Part shown: piece by piece, positions 20,313-30,365 of the stretch
Position numbering within the stretch: position 1 is the stretch's first letter
Layout: every line of letters begins with the position of its first letter
From: a virus
Taxonomy: Duplodnaviria; Caudoviricetes
Length of the DNA stretch: 64,000 bases
Strand: one strand, 5' to 3'
IMG/VR virus record: IMGVR_UViG_3300029288_000002
Location: 1 to 64,000 of that record
Program-made: the position numbers and the translations under genes
The notes under the pieces: generated by a model
What the model was told of the DNA's origin: nothing
Databases searched by the model: none
Seen by the model: the letters and a program-made list of their open reading frames with translations, nothing else

Positions 20313-21137
20313 TTACAATTCTAATTTTGGTTGATTTTTATACTTGGCTATTCTGCGTTCGGCCAAATCACAGTATTCTTGGCTAACATCAAACCCAATA
20401 TAATTTCTATTGTTTAATACAGAAACTTTTCCTACAGTTCCCGAACCCATAAAGGGGTCTACTATTAAATCACCAGGCAAACTCCAAGAAAGCAAATGAT
20501 CTTCTACTAATTGCTCTGGAAACATTGCTGGATGTTCATATGCCTCTTTATCTTCAGTTGTGTGCATATAACCAGAGTCATAATGCCATATGCAACCGCG
20601 AGTCTTTGTTGGTCTTAAACAAGACTCTTCAACTCGTTTAATTCCTTTTTCGTCTAGTCTTGTTACTCTTCCGTCTGGTTGTCGTAAAGATTTTGTTTTT
20701 GCTTGATTTGGTTTAGTATTATATATCTTTGGAATCTTCAAAGGATTAAATGTTTTAACTTTTCCTTTAGACAACACAAACATAAATTCAAAGTCTTGAT
20801 TATATCTAACCAAAGCAGTATAAGGAATGTATCTATGAAATATCATGCTATCCCATATATTATACCCTAACTCTTTAAAACGCAGCACTTGTTTATATGG
20901 TACACATTCCTCACTTCCTCTGGTTGTTTTATCACCCACTACCCACACTACTACGCCACCAGGTTTTAATTTTTGCAACAATATTGTGGCTAGAGCATCA
21001 AAGTCCCAAGAATAAGAGTGATATTGCCGAAAATCTGCATAGGGGGGAGAGGTAATCACCAAATCAATGCAATTATCATCCAACAATTTCATTCCTTCTA
21101 CATTATCCATACAATAAATTTTGTTCAGTTCAAGCAT
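20313..21137 (-). CDS. DNA methyltransferase (N4-C/N6-A, beta class)
   Basis: TSPPY motif IV, HPAMFP, DPFMGSGT motif I; start MLELNK with GGAAGG RBS. Confidence 0.9.
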   Translation of the reverse strand: MLELNKIYCMDNVEGMKLLDDNCIDLVITSPPYADFRQYHSYSWDFDALATILLQKLKPGGVVVWVVGDKTTRGSEECVPYKQVLRFKELGYNIWDSMIFHRYIPYTALVRYNQDFEFMFVLSKGKVKTFNPLKIPKIYNTKPNQAKTKSLRQPDGRVTRLDEKGIKRVEESCLRPTKTRGCIWHYDSGYMHTTEDKEAYEHPAMFPEQLVEDHLLSWSLPGDLIVDPFMGSGTVGKVSVLNNRNYIGFDVSQEYCDLAERRIAKYKNQPKLEL

Positions 21138-21165
21138 ATTTCCTTCCAAAAACGACAAAAATATT

Positions 21166-21195
21166 AAAAATAGCTTCCGAAACGGAAGCTATTTT
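21166..21195 (-). terminator. intrinsic terminator
   Basis: AAAATAGCTTCCG-TTT-CGGAAGCTATTTTT on the minus strand. Confidence 0.8.
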
Positions 21196-21224
21196 GTGTG
21201 TAAAACCAATGTTTTAGTTATAAT

Positions 21225-21545
21225 TTAAATAATGTTTGCATCTACTAACCATAAATTATTTGTGACAAATTCTACTACAGGTAGAACGCATTGTTTAGTA
21301 AAACATTCGCGCCGCCACCGAAATCTTCCGCAATACACAATGTCAACTACAAATCCTGTTTCAATACGCTTTATTAACAACAATTTAGACTCGCTTCTCT
21401 TCTTAGAAACAATCGCCGTTTTGCATATCCACAAATTATAATTTTCATCAACCATCATTTCGTCTGGATTAATAAAGCCGAAGTCGTCTATTTCCATATG
21501 CTCAACATCTAACTCTTCAAACTTTTTTGGTAATTTGGCGTTCAT
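21225..21545 (-). CDS. hypothetical protein
   Basis: 106-aa ORF in a tightly packed unit. Confidence 0.6.
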   Translation of the reverse strand: MNAKLPKKFEELDVEHMEIDDFGFINPDEMMVDENYNLWICKTAIVSKKRSESKLLLIKRIETGFVVDIVYCGRFRWRRECFTKQCVLPVVEFVTNNLWLVDANII

Positions 21546-21547
21546 AT

Positions 21548-21757
21548 TTATTCGCTTGTTTGACTATCAAACAACTTATTTCCAAACAAGTCTTCTGGAA
21601 ACTGTTTATTATATCCAGCTACCACAAAATTATTCATTTCTGTTCTAAAGAATTTTAGCACAAAATAACAATATACAATTTCGTGAACCCAATCCTTGAA
21701 ATTGCAACAGTAAATACTTCTCCCAGGCACTTTCCATTCACACGTTTTAGTATCCAT
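21548..21757 (-). CDS. hypothetical protein
   Basis: Start MDTKTC with AAGGAG RBS. Confidence 0.55.
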   Translation of the reverse strand: MDTKTCEWKVPGRSIYCCNFKDWVHEIVYCYFVLKFFRTEMNNFVVAGYNKQFPEDLFGNKLFDSQTSE

Positions 21758-21758
21758 T

Positions 21759-22265
21759 TTACTCCTTCTTATATTGATATTGTATAACATTAACAACCTT
21801 TACAACGGGCAAATATGTATTAGCAAACAATTGTACATTCTTTTCAGTATTGCTTTTATCATCATAACTTAAAACAATAATGTTACTCTTTTCCCATCTA
21901 TGTATAACAGTATAAAAGTCAAAAGCCGATATGAAATGATCTTCATCTTTTACAAGTTCTGAAAATATATCTTTTTCTACAAAATCATTAACATAGTCAA
22001 TAACATCTTTTGTAAGTTTAGTTGCTTTATTTACCACGTCATTATAAAAAGTTAAGGTGTGTTGTTTTGGAAATTCTTCCCATATATCCGCATCAGCCAT
22101 AATAGCATATATCTCACCAACAATATTGCCAGCAATAGCCAACGAAAGCGAACCAGTCAATCTATCTACTGCAATCTTTGGCACAATCATATTGATGCGA
22201 TAAGCTAAACGCATTAGCTTTTCAACTCGTTCATTTCCTAATACTTCTCGTTCTGAGTTAACCAT
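21759..22265 (-). CDS. hypothetical protein
   Basis: 168 aa, AAGGAG RBS, own promoter. Confidence 0.65.
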   Translation of the reverse strand: MVNSEREVLGNERVEKLMRLAYRINMIVPKIAVDRLTGSLSLAIAGNIVGEIYAIMADADIWEEFPKQHTLTFYNDVVNKATKLTKDVIDYVNDFVEKDIFSELVKDEDHFISAFDFYTVIHRWEKSNIIVLSYDDKSNTEKNVQLFANTYLPVVKVVNVIQYQYKKE

Positions 22266-22299
22266 ATTTACTCCTTTTAGAATATTGTCTTACATTTGA

Positions 22300-22328
22300 A
22301 TTATAGCACAATTACAATATTCTGTCAA
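22300..22328 (-). promoter_or_regulatory. sigma70/sigA-type promoter
   Basis: TTGACA-17 nt-TATAAT with TG extension. Confidence 0.85.
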
Positions 22329-22337
22329 GTAGCAATA

Positions 22338-23129
22338 TTAGAACAACGACTCATCTTCTTTCATTAACCTTTGTCTTGCAATTTTACAATATTCTTCTTC
22401 TTTCTCTATTCCCCAACATTCACGCTTTAGCCGCTTTGCAGCTACAAGAGTTGTACCAGAACCACACGTAAAATCTAAAATAGTGTCGCCTTCTTTTGTA
22501 TATGTAGAAACCAAATATTCCATTAATTCTATTGGCTTTTGTGTTGGATGAAAAGAGTCCTGATTATTATTTGAAAACTTTATTACACTTCTTGGATACC
22601 GCTCCCCTTTATTATCGTTAAATCCGAGATACTCTTTTCTGTTACCTTTTTCCACATATCCAACACGAGGATCAGTAGCGTGTTTTTTATAATATGGTTT
22701 TCCTTGACTCATTTGAGGATAATATAGCATTTTTCGTTTGCTTCCATTTGCAGTAGTTCCGTTTGAAAATACCGATATAATTTCATGTGCTTTCAAGGGC
22801 TTATTTTTAGAATTTAAAAAATCTGACGCCCTTGTCTTTTCATAAATCCAATCGTATTTAAACCAATCAATATTTGACAATCTAAGATGACTACTGAATG
22901 GTTCAGTACCAAAAAGAAGTATTGCGCCTCTATCAACAATCAGTCCTTTTATACAATCCCACATAGGCTCAAATGAAATAATGTTATCCCATGCCGGAGT
23001 TATTGTACCGTAAGGAGGGTCAGTTAGTATCGAACTGAATTTTAAACCCTTTTCTACCATCTCTCTCATTACATCTAAACAATCGCCGTGAACAAGTGTA
23101 CAATACTCGTCTTCATAATAAACGTTCAT
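22338..23129 (-). CDS. DNA methyltransferase (N6-A/N4-C, beta class)
   Basis: TDPPY, HPTQKP, DFTCGSGTT. Confidence 0.92.
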   Translation of the reverse strand: MNVYYEDEYCTLVHGDCLDVMREMVEKGLKFSSILTDPPYGTITPAWDNIISFEPMWDCIKGLIVDRGAILLFGTEPFSSHLRLSNIDWFKYDWIYEKTRASDFLNSKNKPLKAHEIISVFSNGTTANGSKRKMLYYPQMSQGKPYYKKHATDPRVGYVEKGNRKEYLGFNDNKGERYPRSVIKFSNNNQDSFHPTQKPIELMEYLVSTYTKEGDTILDFTCGSGTTLVAAKRLKRECWGIEKEEEYCKIARQRLMKEDESLF

Positions 23130-23287
23130 TACACCTCAAAATCATCAAAATTGTATAAGAATTATATAAGAAAAACGCCATTTTGAAGGAAAAAATCAAG
23201 AAATTTTCCTGTTCGTTGTAAAGGTATTGTATTATTTTCTCGAAAAGTGTATGTAAAATGTCGCTTTTATCAATTGAGGGGTAAAAG

Positions 23288-23320
23288 TAGTAGGAAGTAA
23301 TTTTTTACTACTTCCTACTA
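23288..23320. terminator. hairpin after the holin gene
   Basis: TAGTAGGAAGTA...TACTTCCTACTA, followed on the minus strand by CTTTT. Confidence 0.6.
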
Positions 23321-23327
23321 AGACTAT

Positions 23328-23648
23328 TTACGTTTTCTTGATTACATCCACAGGAGTTACATTCACAGTTTTGTCAACTTTGTGGAAACTCTTCCCCGCA
23401 AATACCGATGTAAAGGTAACATATGCAATTGCAAAATAAGGGGCAATTGCATTAACCACATCTACTGGTACATATGTGAGTACCAAATATGCAGCTAAAG
23501 ATAAAACAAAAACAGCACCAGCATAAACATATTGTTTAACTTCCACAGTCTGTTTTTGATACCATGCTAATCTTTCTAATACCCAACTGGCTACAATAGC
23601 ATTGCCCCCTGAACTACCAAGCCACGTAAGAAACGATGTTAAATCCAT
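23328..23648 (-). CDS. putative holin
   Basis: 106 aa, ~3 hydrophobic segments, charged C-terminus. Confidence 0.65.
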   Translation of the reverse strand: MDLTSFLTWLGSSGGNAIVASWVLERLAWYQKQTVEVKQYVYAGAVFVLSLAAYLVLTYVPVDVVNAIAPYFAIAYVTFTSVFAGKSFHKVDKTVNVTPVDVIKKT

Positions 23649-24134
23649 TTATATTACTCCTCTGTTTTGTAGTGCTTCAGTAAACCATTTATCTAAATAT
23701 CCCCCATCAAATAACTGATCAGTAGTAACATCCCAATATGGTTCGTGATATACTGATAGAAACAAGTCAGACGAATATCCTTTTTTATTTAGTATGTCCG
23801 CTAAGGTTTCTCGTACATCGTTTGGATTTGAAACAATAGAACCATGCAACCATGTGGGAGCGTCATAAGACATATTCTCCCATTCTTGAAAAAGCTCTCT
23901 GGTAACTTCATTAGCAACTTTCGATATTCCACTTAATTTCCAGCTATATAAAAACTCATATGTGGGGTGTTTACTACCGTCATAATAATCTTTGTTTTTT
24001 CCATGAGTCCCGTAGGTATAACGAAGAATGTTCTTTCTTAGTTGCAATAGCATTTTTTCAGAAACTTCTTTTATTACATCTTCAAGTAAATCCCCCATTG
24101 CTTTTTCAAGATCAGATTGATTAGTAATATCCAT
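23649..24134 (-). CDS. hypothetical tail-module protein
   Basis: 161-aa ORF in the morphogenesis operon. Confidence 0.5.
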   Translation of the reverse strand: MDITNQSDLEKAMGDLLEDVIKEVSEKMLLQLRKNILRYTYGTHGKNKDYYDGSKHPTYEFLYSWKLSGISKVANEVTRELFQEWENMSYDAPTWLHGSIVSNPNDVRETLADILNKKGYSSDLFLSVYHEPYWDVTTDQLFDGGYLDKWFTEALQNRGVI

Positions 24135-24136
24135 AT

Positions 24137-24451
24137 TTACTCCATATCAGAATCTACTTGGCGTTTGCCCCCTTTAGCCTTTCGATGATTTCGCCACTGG
24201 TTTTTACTATTTTTATTTGATTTTTGCTCATATAAACAAACAGGGCAAACCTTTTTTATTTTCTTCACAGTGTATTCTTCTCCTTTTTCCATAAAAGAAA
24301 TATCTACACTACGTTCTTGCATGAGACTACCGCATTGCGGGCATCGTTCACTTAAAACTTTGCGCAATTTGCCTAAATTATTATTGCTTGATTGCTGTTG
24401 TTGAGCGTCCAACCTTTTTTCCTTTTGTTGCTTTCTCTTTGTTTGCTTCAT
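24137..24451 (-). CDS. small zinc-ribbon protein
   Basis: CPQC...CPVC; start uncertain (overlaps upstream gene). Confidence 0.55.
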   Translation of the reverse strand: MKQTKRKQQKEKRLDAQQQQSSNNNLGKLRKVLSERCPQCGSLMQERSVDISFMEKGEEYTVKKIKKVCPVCLYEQKSNKNSKNQWRNHRKAKGGKRQVDSDME

Positions 24452-25001
24452 TTAACACTTGACTAATCGGCGATTTGGCTAAATCTTCAGTAATCTCTTT
24501 TGCAGCCTTTTTTAGTTCCTCTAATTGAGCATCGTCAATTTTAAGATTGGTAAACCATTCCGCAGCTTCAATGACTTTTGAAACTGCACCCTCTAATACC
24601 TTGCCAACAGAATATTCTAATGCGATTTGTCTCTCTCTATCTTCTACTGTCTTATCGAGTACTTGTCTGAAATCAGAGAAATTATGGATCACCTCCCTTA
24701 CACGATTATACACATCATATAATTGCGATGATAGAAAAACATCTTCGCTAATACTATCAGTATCAATCGAAGTACAGTTTTCCAAAACATTGATCATTAA
24801 CATGGTCTCAGCACTTAATCTGCATAATCCTGATGCAAACGTTTCTCCGCTTTTTGGTTCTTTATATAAGTCATTCAAATACTGTGAAATGAGATACCCT
24901 TGAACGGCAGGAGAAATATATAACTCTGTTTCAATAACATTGTCAGCAAATAGAATTTGCCCTGTTGTTTTTTGCAAAAAATTCAATTTTTTCTTATCCA
25001 T
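24381..25001 (-). CDS. hypothetical protein
   Basis: 206 aa, GGAG RBS. Confidence 0.6.
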   Translation of the reverse strand: MDKKKLNFLQKTTGQILFADNVIETELYISPAVQGYLISQYLNDLYKEPKSGETFASGLCRLSAETMLMINVLENCTSIDTDSISEDVFLSSQLYDVYNRVREVIHNFSDFRQVLDKTVEDRERQIALEYSVGKVLEGAVSKVIEAAEWFTNLKIDDAQLEELKKAAKEITEDLAKSPISQVLNEANKEKATKGKKVGRSTTAIKQ

Positions 25002-25014
25002 TATACTCCAAAAC

Positions 25015-25545
25015 TTAAATACTTTTGGTCATTCCTCTTGTATACACGTGACTATAATAACCAGGAGGATCGTTAACGTTCAATTCTTCATCTAATGCTT
25101 CCATTTTAGCAGTCAAAGAAGTAACACTTGTGTTTCGAGTAGTACCTAACAATGTACCATCAGCAGCATAAGACTCCATTGTATAGGTCGGGTCTGTTGA
25201 TACATACTCCATATCGTACATTTGATATACCATCAACATTCCGGTAATATAATTTTTAGCTAATGCGGCACTCGTAATAGTTGTTTTATCAGCAGCAATT
25301 GTAATGCAGTTTGTAACCCCGCTAACTGCATATTTGCCAGCATAACCAGCAGTATCAATAGAGGCAAACGCAACTTCTTCCATATCAACCCCCTGAATAG
25401 AAATTGTTTGTAAGCCGCTAACTGTACCAGCATGTGTTTCCATATAATCAAAAGCATTCAAAACTATTAGTGCAACATTAGTACCAGCAGAGAAGGAATA
25501 AAAATCTTTCTCACCATCTATAAACACTCGTCTAAAGCCTGTCAT
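25015..25545 (-). CDS. hypothetical protein
   Basis: 176 aa, translationally coupled (TAATG). Confidence 0.6.
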   Translation of the reverse strand: MTGFRRVFIDGEKDFYSFSAGTNVALIVLNAFDYMETHAGTVSGLQTISIQGVDMEEVAFASIDTAGYAGKYAVSGVTNCITIAADKTTITSAALAKNYITGMLMVYQMYDMEYVSTDPTYTMESYAADGTLLGTTRNTSVTSLTAKMEALDEELNVNDPPGYYSHVYTRGMTKSI

Positions 25546-25991
25546 TAGTTTATCTCCTTCCCTAAAATATTAATGTCAGCATATTCAACTGGTATGCCAC
25601 CCAAATTTCTTACTTGCTCTTGTAATTTTCTAACTTGGTTTTCGAGGTTCTCTGTTTTTATCATTGATTGGAGAAATTGTTTGCGAAGAGATTCAAGTTG
25701 AATATTTAGAGAGGAAATTTCATTTTTGAACTTGGTTTCTGTCTCTTTTTTTTCAGTCAAATAAGCCTCATCCTTCGATTTTAATTCTTGTAAACTATTA
25801 ACTCGCATAACAGCCATTTCTGCTCGTAATTGTCTAACTTCATTTGCATATTCACTTGCAGCAGCCGCATAATTCTTCGCAGCTTCAGAATTACCTTTGT
25901 TTTCATCTACTCTTCTTAATTTGTATGCTGAAATCGCACCAATAAGCGTCGTCAAAGTCAATACACCGTTTATAAACATTTCCCAAGTCAT
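25545..25991 (-). CDS. membrane-anchored coiled-coil protein (lysis-associated?)
   Basis: N-terminal hydrophobic helix then coiled coil; start MTWEMF with GGGGG RBS. Confidence 0.5.
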   Translation of the reverse strand: MTWEMFINGVLTLTTLIGAISAYKLRRVDENKGNSEAAKNYAAAASEYANEVRQLRAEMAVMRVNSLQELKSKDEAYLTEKKETETKFKNEISSLNIQLESLRKQFLQSMIKTENLENQVRKLQEQVRNLGGIPVEYADINILGKEIN

Positions 25992-25998
25992 TTTATAG

Positions 25999-26313
25999 TT
26001 ACCCCCTTGAGAAATAATTAGTAAACATGCAAGCAATTATTAACAATAAAGTAATACCACCTCTTGCTAATTCGTCCGTGAAGACATTTATAGCAGGGTA
26101 CGGCGTTACAAATAAAAGGTATATCAGATACACTGATAAAATTGTCCAATACGCGCCAGTCAATAAAATAAATATTTTTGCGCCATAATCCCAATATTTT
26201 TTTCCACACATCTTCAATGATAAAAACGCCCTGTTTGTTAATGTTATTGAGAAAATAAGATTCGCGATTCTAAAAAACCACAGAAAGGGTGCTTCCATTG
26301 TACTTGTATCCAT
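25999..26313 (-). CDS. small membrane protein
   Basis: Three hydrophobic segments. Confidence 0.55.
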   Translation of the reverse strand: MDTSTMEAPFLWFFRIANLIFSITLTNRAFLSLKMCGKKYWDYGAKIFILLTGAYWTILSVYLIYLLFVTPYPAINVFTDELARGGITLLLIIACMFTNYFSRG

Positions 26314-26606
26314 TATAAAAGTCCCTTTATATCAATCATGTCTCCGAGTTTAACATCTTGTAATTTTGGGGTCTTATAATATATTTTCAATTTACCGTTA
26401 ACTCTAACCCCAAATCTTACCTTTGAAAGAAACTCCACAGGATATAAAACAGGTTCTTCTGTTACACTATTGTCTACTATTACCAACTCTAAAACGTTGT
26501 TTTCACCTTCTTCTCCTGTTTCCTCCTCAGCCTCTATTACATCTTCTAAGACTGTTTCGTCACTTTGCACCATTACCCGTTTTGATTTTTTCATTTTTCC
26601 ACCCAT
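26313..26606 (-). CDS. hypothetical acidic protein
   Basis: 97-aa ORF coupled to the next gene. Confidence 0.5.
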   Translation of the reverse strand: MGGKMKKSKRVMVQSDETVLEDVIEAEEETGEEGENNVLELVIVDNSVTEEPVLYPVEFLSKVRFGVRVNGKLKIYYKTPKLQDVKLGDMIDIKGLL

Positions 26607-26607
26607 A

Positions 26608-26640
26608 GTTAAGGAGGGGTTATATTAGCCCCTCCTTAAC
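26608..26640. terminator. hairpin after the tail tube gene
   Basis: GTTAAGGAGGGG-N9-CCCCTCCTTAAC perfect 12-bp stem. Confidence 0.6.
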
Positions 26641-26652
26641 AAATCTAAAATT

Positions 26653-27720
26653 TTAAGAAACAGTCACAGTACAAGCAGCAGTAATACCAGAAGCAGTAAG
26701 CGTAGTAATATATACAGTTAACGAAGTGCTTGTCGCGCCAATGCCTGTTACTAAACCAGTATGCTCCCCAATAGTAGCAACAGCATCAGAGGCAGAATCG
26801 AATGTTAAATCAGCATACGGAGGTCTAAACGTAGTACCGTTGGAGCGTACAGCTAAAACTTCAAGCGTATAAGTAGCACCTATAGCTAAAGCAAAGTCGC
26901 CATATTGAATACCAAGTGCAATCACGTCACTGTACCAATACGCGCCTGTTACACTGGTACTAATCGTAGCCAAAATATCCTGATTAAGACATCCTGCAGT
27001 TGTACTCGGATTGGGTGCAGCCAAAGCACGAGCATTGAACGGAGTCGTTGCTACACCGTCAGCCTTCATGCTAATAGTGAAGTTACCGGTCAACTTGGCG
27101 CGAGGAACAATAATTTGAGCAGTACCAATAGTATTAGTAAAGCCAACTTCACTCGTCTCAGCAACCTGAGTATCTAACACCAAGCGCACAATTTGAGGAA
27201 CATTGTTTGCGTATACAGTTACGTAATTGCTACTGGAATTGAGCGCATAGTAACGAACACAGACATATTCGTCAGAAGTACCCCAAGCAGAAGTAAACGT
27301 TTTAGTAGAGAATGTTACCCGTTCAGTTTGACCAGCATATGTTCCAGTGTTATGTGTAACCCATCCGTACAACGTAGTACCCTGAATAGCCAAAGGAGTA
27401 CCAGTGATTGTGCCTGTCAAACCTGCGGTTAACTGAATAGTCTCTTCTGTATAAATATTAATACCAGTGCCATGCGATTGACCTAAAGCAGAAGCAATGA
27501 AATCAAGATTCCACTGAGTATCTGTGATAGTCAACGTCAAATCAGCATCGTGCGTATAAATATACTGTAATTGATTACCTCTCCCGCCGCGAATATCAGT
27601 TGTAGCAGTCTTAAAGTCAAGGCTTGAATCTAAGTTAGTTTTGGCAGTAAAAAGTAAATTGTCATCATCATCATATGCCCAAACATCTGCTACGGAAACA
27701 AGAAATTGTTTTGTAGTCAT
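26653..27720 (-). CDS. major tail tube protein with C-terminal Ig-like domain
   Basis: 'DIRGGRGNQLQYIY.HD..L.LTITDTQW' pattern; C-terminal 'SASDAVATIG...GLVTG...CTVTVS'; position after neck genes. Confidence 0.75.
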   Translation of the reverse strand: MTTKQFLVSVADVWAYDDDDNLLFTAKTNLDSSLDFKTATTDIRGGRGNQLQYIYTHDADLTLTITDTQWNLDFIASALGQSHGTGINIYTEETIQLTAGLTGTITGTPLAIQGTTLYGWVTHNTGTYAGQTERVTFSTKTFTSAWGTSDEYVCVRYYALNSSSNYVTVYANNVPQIVRLVLDTQVAETSEVGFTNTIGTAQIIVPRAKLTGNFTISMKADGVATTPFNARALAAPNPSTTAGCLNQDILATISTSVTGAYWYSDVIALGIQYGDFALAIGATYTLEVLAVRSNGTTFRPPYADLTFDSASDAVATIGEHTGLVTGIGATSTSLTVYITTLTASGITAACTVTVS

Positions 27721-27723
27721 CTA

Positions 27724-28497
27724 TTAACCTCCCGATTTTTCTATTTTTTCAGTAAAAGATTGGGCATCTATTAATGTTCCCGAATCTTCTATGTTTTGTG
27801 TCAAATCTGCCATCCAATGTTTCAATGCAGATTTATCCTTAAATTCCACGAACCCGCTCATCGAAGCTGTTTTATTTATTTCATAATTGAGTTTATGATC
27901 AATTCTAAGCATCATTTTGTTGAACTTGCGAATAGTCATATTGTATATTTCTTCTAACTTATATCCTGTACTAATCGCAACACATATCATTTGATCTTCA
28001 AACGAACCCATTTTAAAAGTACTGGACTTGGCTTTGATTCTTTTAGATTCTTCTAATTTTAGTCTAAGGTTATAATCAATGTTTTGATCAGGTAATTCTA
28101 CATCATTAGACTCACAAATAATCTGTTTTATTTCTGCAAAGTCTTTGCCAGTATATAGGGTATCATCTATATTAATAACTCCTCGCCCTTCCTCGTCTCT
28201 AACATACGTGTTAACCGTAGGGACATCTTTTCGTAAAACAAGTCTAAGAAGAAGATGTAGCATTGACATATATCCGTTCTCTGTATTAGCAGTAGCATAA
28301 ATATATTCAAGATCACTCATAGTTAAAATTCGTTTTATGGTTTCAATGTCCCCCGTTATACCCTGCTTTTCTAAAATTAAGATTTGAGAAGCATAATTAA
28401 ACATATAAACATCTTTAACTAAAGCGGGATATATGAGTAAGTTTTTATACGGGACTGGAAGGTCAAAAGAAGTATATATGTCATATTTGCCTGTCAT
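27724..28497 (-). CDS. putative tail assembly chaperone-like protein
   Basis: 'GYKLEEIYNMTIRKF' motif; start MTGKYD coupled to the upstream stop. Confidence 0.5.
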   Translation of the reverse strand: MTGKYDIYTSFDLPVPYKNLLIYPALVKDVYMFNYASQILILEKQGITGDIETIKRILTMSDLEYIYATANTENGYMSMLHLLLRLVLRKDVPTVNTYVRDEEGRGVINIDDTLYTGKDFAEIKQIICESNDVELPDQNIDYNLRLKLEESKRIKAKSSTFKMGSFEDQMICVAISTGYKLEEIYNMTIRKFNKMMLRIDHKLNYEINKTASMSGFVEFKDKSALKHWMADLTQNIEDSGTLIDAQSFTEKIEKSGG

Positions 28498-29045
28498 TAT
28501 GCCACCTTGTTTGACATCAAGAGCCATCGCCCTTTAAACGGAGGAACACCAGTGGCGTCTGCTCTAACCTGATTATTCCCCATTAAGCTGAAACTCAATC
28601 TGCCAATTCCAAATACTTGCGCCCCGTTTAATATTTCCAACAGTCTCTCGATTATAGAATCAACTCTTGTTGTATAATTACTAAGAGTATTAATACGAAA
28701 ATGAGAATATACCTCAAATATCATATCAATTGTACCCACAGTTCTATTTTCTGGGAACATATTATAGGGAGATATTCTTAAAACACACGGCTGTTCAACC
28801 CATACGTCAGGTTGACCAGTATCCATAAATACTCTAAAGTCAGTCATTTCCCCCACACCTGCCCAAACAAGAGCAGCCTTTTCTGCGTGTGTTAAGTCTG
28901 TTTTCTCCCAAGCATCTGATGTTTCATATTTTAGTCGTTTCCATATTTCTTCATCGTTGTCCATTAAATAGCTAATGCACAAGTAACTAAGTTGGGAAAA
29001 TTGCCAATATTTATTATGACCTATTCTATCTATTATATCTGTCAT
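28497..29045 (-). CDS. putative tail terminator / neck protein
   Basis: 182 aa; position in the neck module. Confidence 0.5.
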   Translation of the reverse strand: MTDIIDRIGHNKYWQFSQLSYLCISYLMDNDEEIWKRLKYETSDAWEKTDLTHAEKAALVWAGVGEMTDFRVFMDTGQPDVWVEQPCVLRISPYNMFPENRTVGTIDMIFEVYSHFRINTLSNYTTRVDSIIERLLEILNGAQVFGIGRLSFSLMGNNQVRADATGVPPFKGRWLLMSNKVA

Positions 29046-29046
29046 A

Positions 29047-30354
29047 TTACCACATTCCTCTCAACTTAATAGTTATATCAACATAATATATACCTGAAGT
29101 CGCCCTAATTACCAAATCTTCACTTAAACTCATTTTTAGATTAGTTACATTGAACGAGTTTCCTGTCAGTGGAGTAATTAGATAACTCCCAAGAGGAACA
29201 CCTGTAGAAGTTACACTAAAAGTAAAGGTATCTGTTTGTACAACATTATTTTTATACAAATACACAGTGTATGTGAGATTATCAGTTTCAAGTATATAAT
29301 TTTGTTCTGGTAATACTACAATGTGATAATCCACAGAAGGGAATTGCGTTACACTAACAGGAATCGAGTCTGTAACGTTAGGGTTATTCAAAATAGTGCA
29401 AGTGATATTGCATGATCCCAAACTGTTTAAAACCAATAAACCGGTCTGAGTAACAATTGCTACTTCTTCATCATCGCTTGACCATTCTACAACCTTTGTA
29501 ACACTAACTCCGTTCAATGTCGTTATTGCATTTAGCTGTACTTCTCTACCTATATTTCCAGTAATAGCCGACTGATCAATTGTCACAGTGTATACTCGTT
29601 TTAGTACATCTGCTACGCCATTTACAATATCGTCGGTTTCATCATTAACATAATCTTTCATTAGCGACAATCTGATAAATCCGTTACTAAGATTATCTTC
29701 TGTTTGTTGATTATTTAAGTTGTTAACGCCGCCACCTAATATTTTATAAACTGCCCAATTATGAACAGTAGAACCTGTAAATCCGGCATTACCAAACAGA
29801 AAGCGTTGATTTGGAAATATTATGTTTGTGTCTTCGTTAAACTGAACAAATATGGTAGAAAAAGCAGAAGGAGCTACTAAAGAAGACTTTACAGTTTGAT
29901 AGTCTTTGTTTTCATCTAACTCATAATCTATAATACACGGGCAGGAATGATATGAGCCGTTATCATCAATCCAACGCAACACGTTATTACACCTACGCAC
30001 AACCACAGCAGCAGCAAGGTTCTTGACAATCTCAGTATTATTTACTAACCAGTAATTATCATCAAAATAGTACATATAACCAGGAGCAGTGGCATGGTCT
30101 ATATCTTTAAACAATATAGTTTTCCAGTCATCCCCCATATTTGTACCAGTTTGAGTATTGATAACGTGTGTGATTCTTACTTCTACTTCCTCATATTCAT
30201 TTGATCCCATAACTGTTTCTTCCAAAACAGTTTTATAATTGGTTGTAGCTTCTGCAAACCCGTCATTTAACATTTGCTGAAAGTCATCTCTCATTACTAA
30301 TGTTGCATCTGATTGTGTAGTTGTAAAGATATTTAAATAATCATACGATGACAT
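29047..30354 (-). CDS. putative head-closure protein with Ig-like domains
   Basis: 'GYMYYFDDNYWLV...RRCNNVLRW'; Ig motif 'VEWSSDDEEVAIV...G'. Confidence 0.6.
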   Translation of the reverse strand: MSSYDYLNIFTTTQSDATLVMRDDFQQMLNDGFAEATTNYKTVLEETVMGSNEYEEVEVRITHVINTQTGTNMGDDWKTILFKDIDHATAPGYMYYFDDNYWLVNNTEIVKNLAAAVVVRRCNNVLRWIDDNGSYHSCPCIIDYELDENKDYQTVKSSLVAPSAFSTIFVQFNEDTNIIFPNQRFLFGNAGFTGSTVHNWAVYKILGGGVNNLNNQQTEDNLSNGFIRLSLMKDYVNDETDDIVNGVADVLKRVYTVTIDQSAITGNIGREVQLNAITTLNGVSVTKVVEWSSDDEEVAIVTQTGLLVLNSLGSCNITCTILNNPNVTDSIPVSVTQFPSVDYHIVVLPEQNYILETDNLTYTVYLYKNNVVQTDTFTFSVTSTGVPLGSYLITPLTGNSFNVTNLKMSLSEDLVIRATSGIYYVDITIKLRGMW

Positions 30355-30365
30355 ACGCTGCTCCT

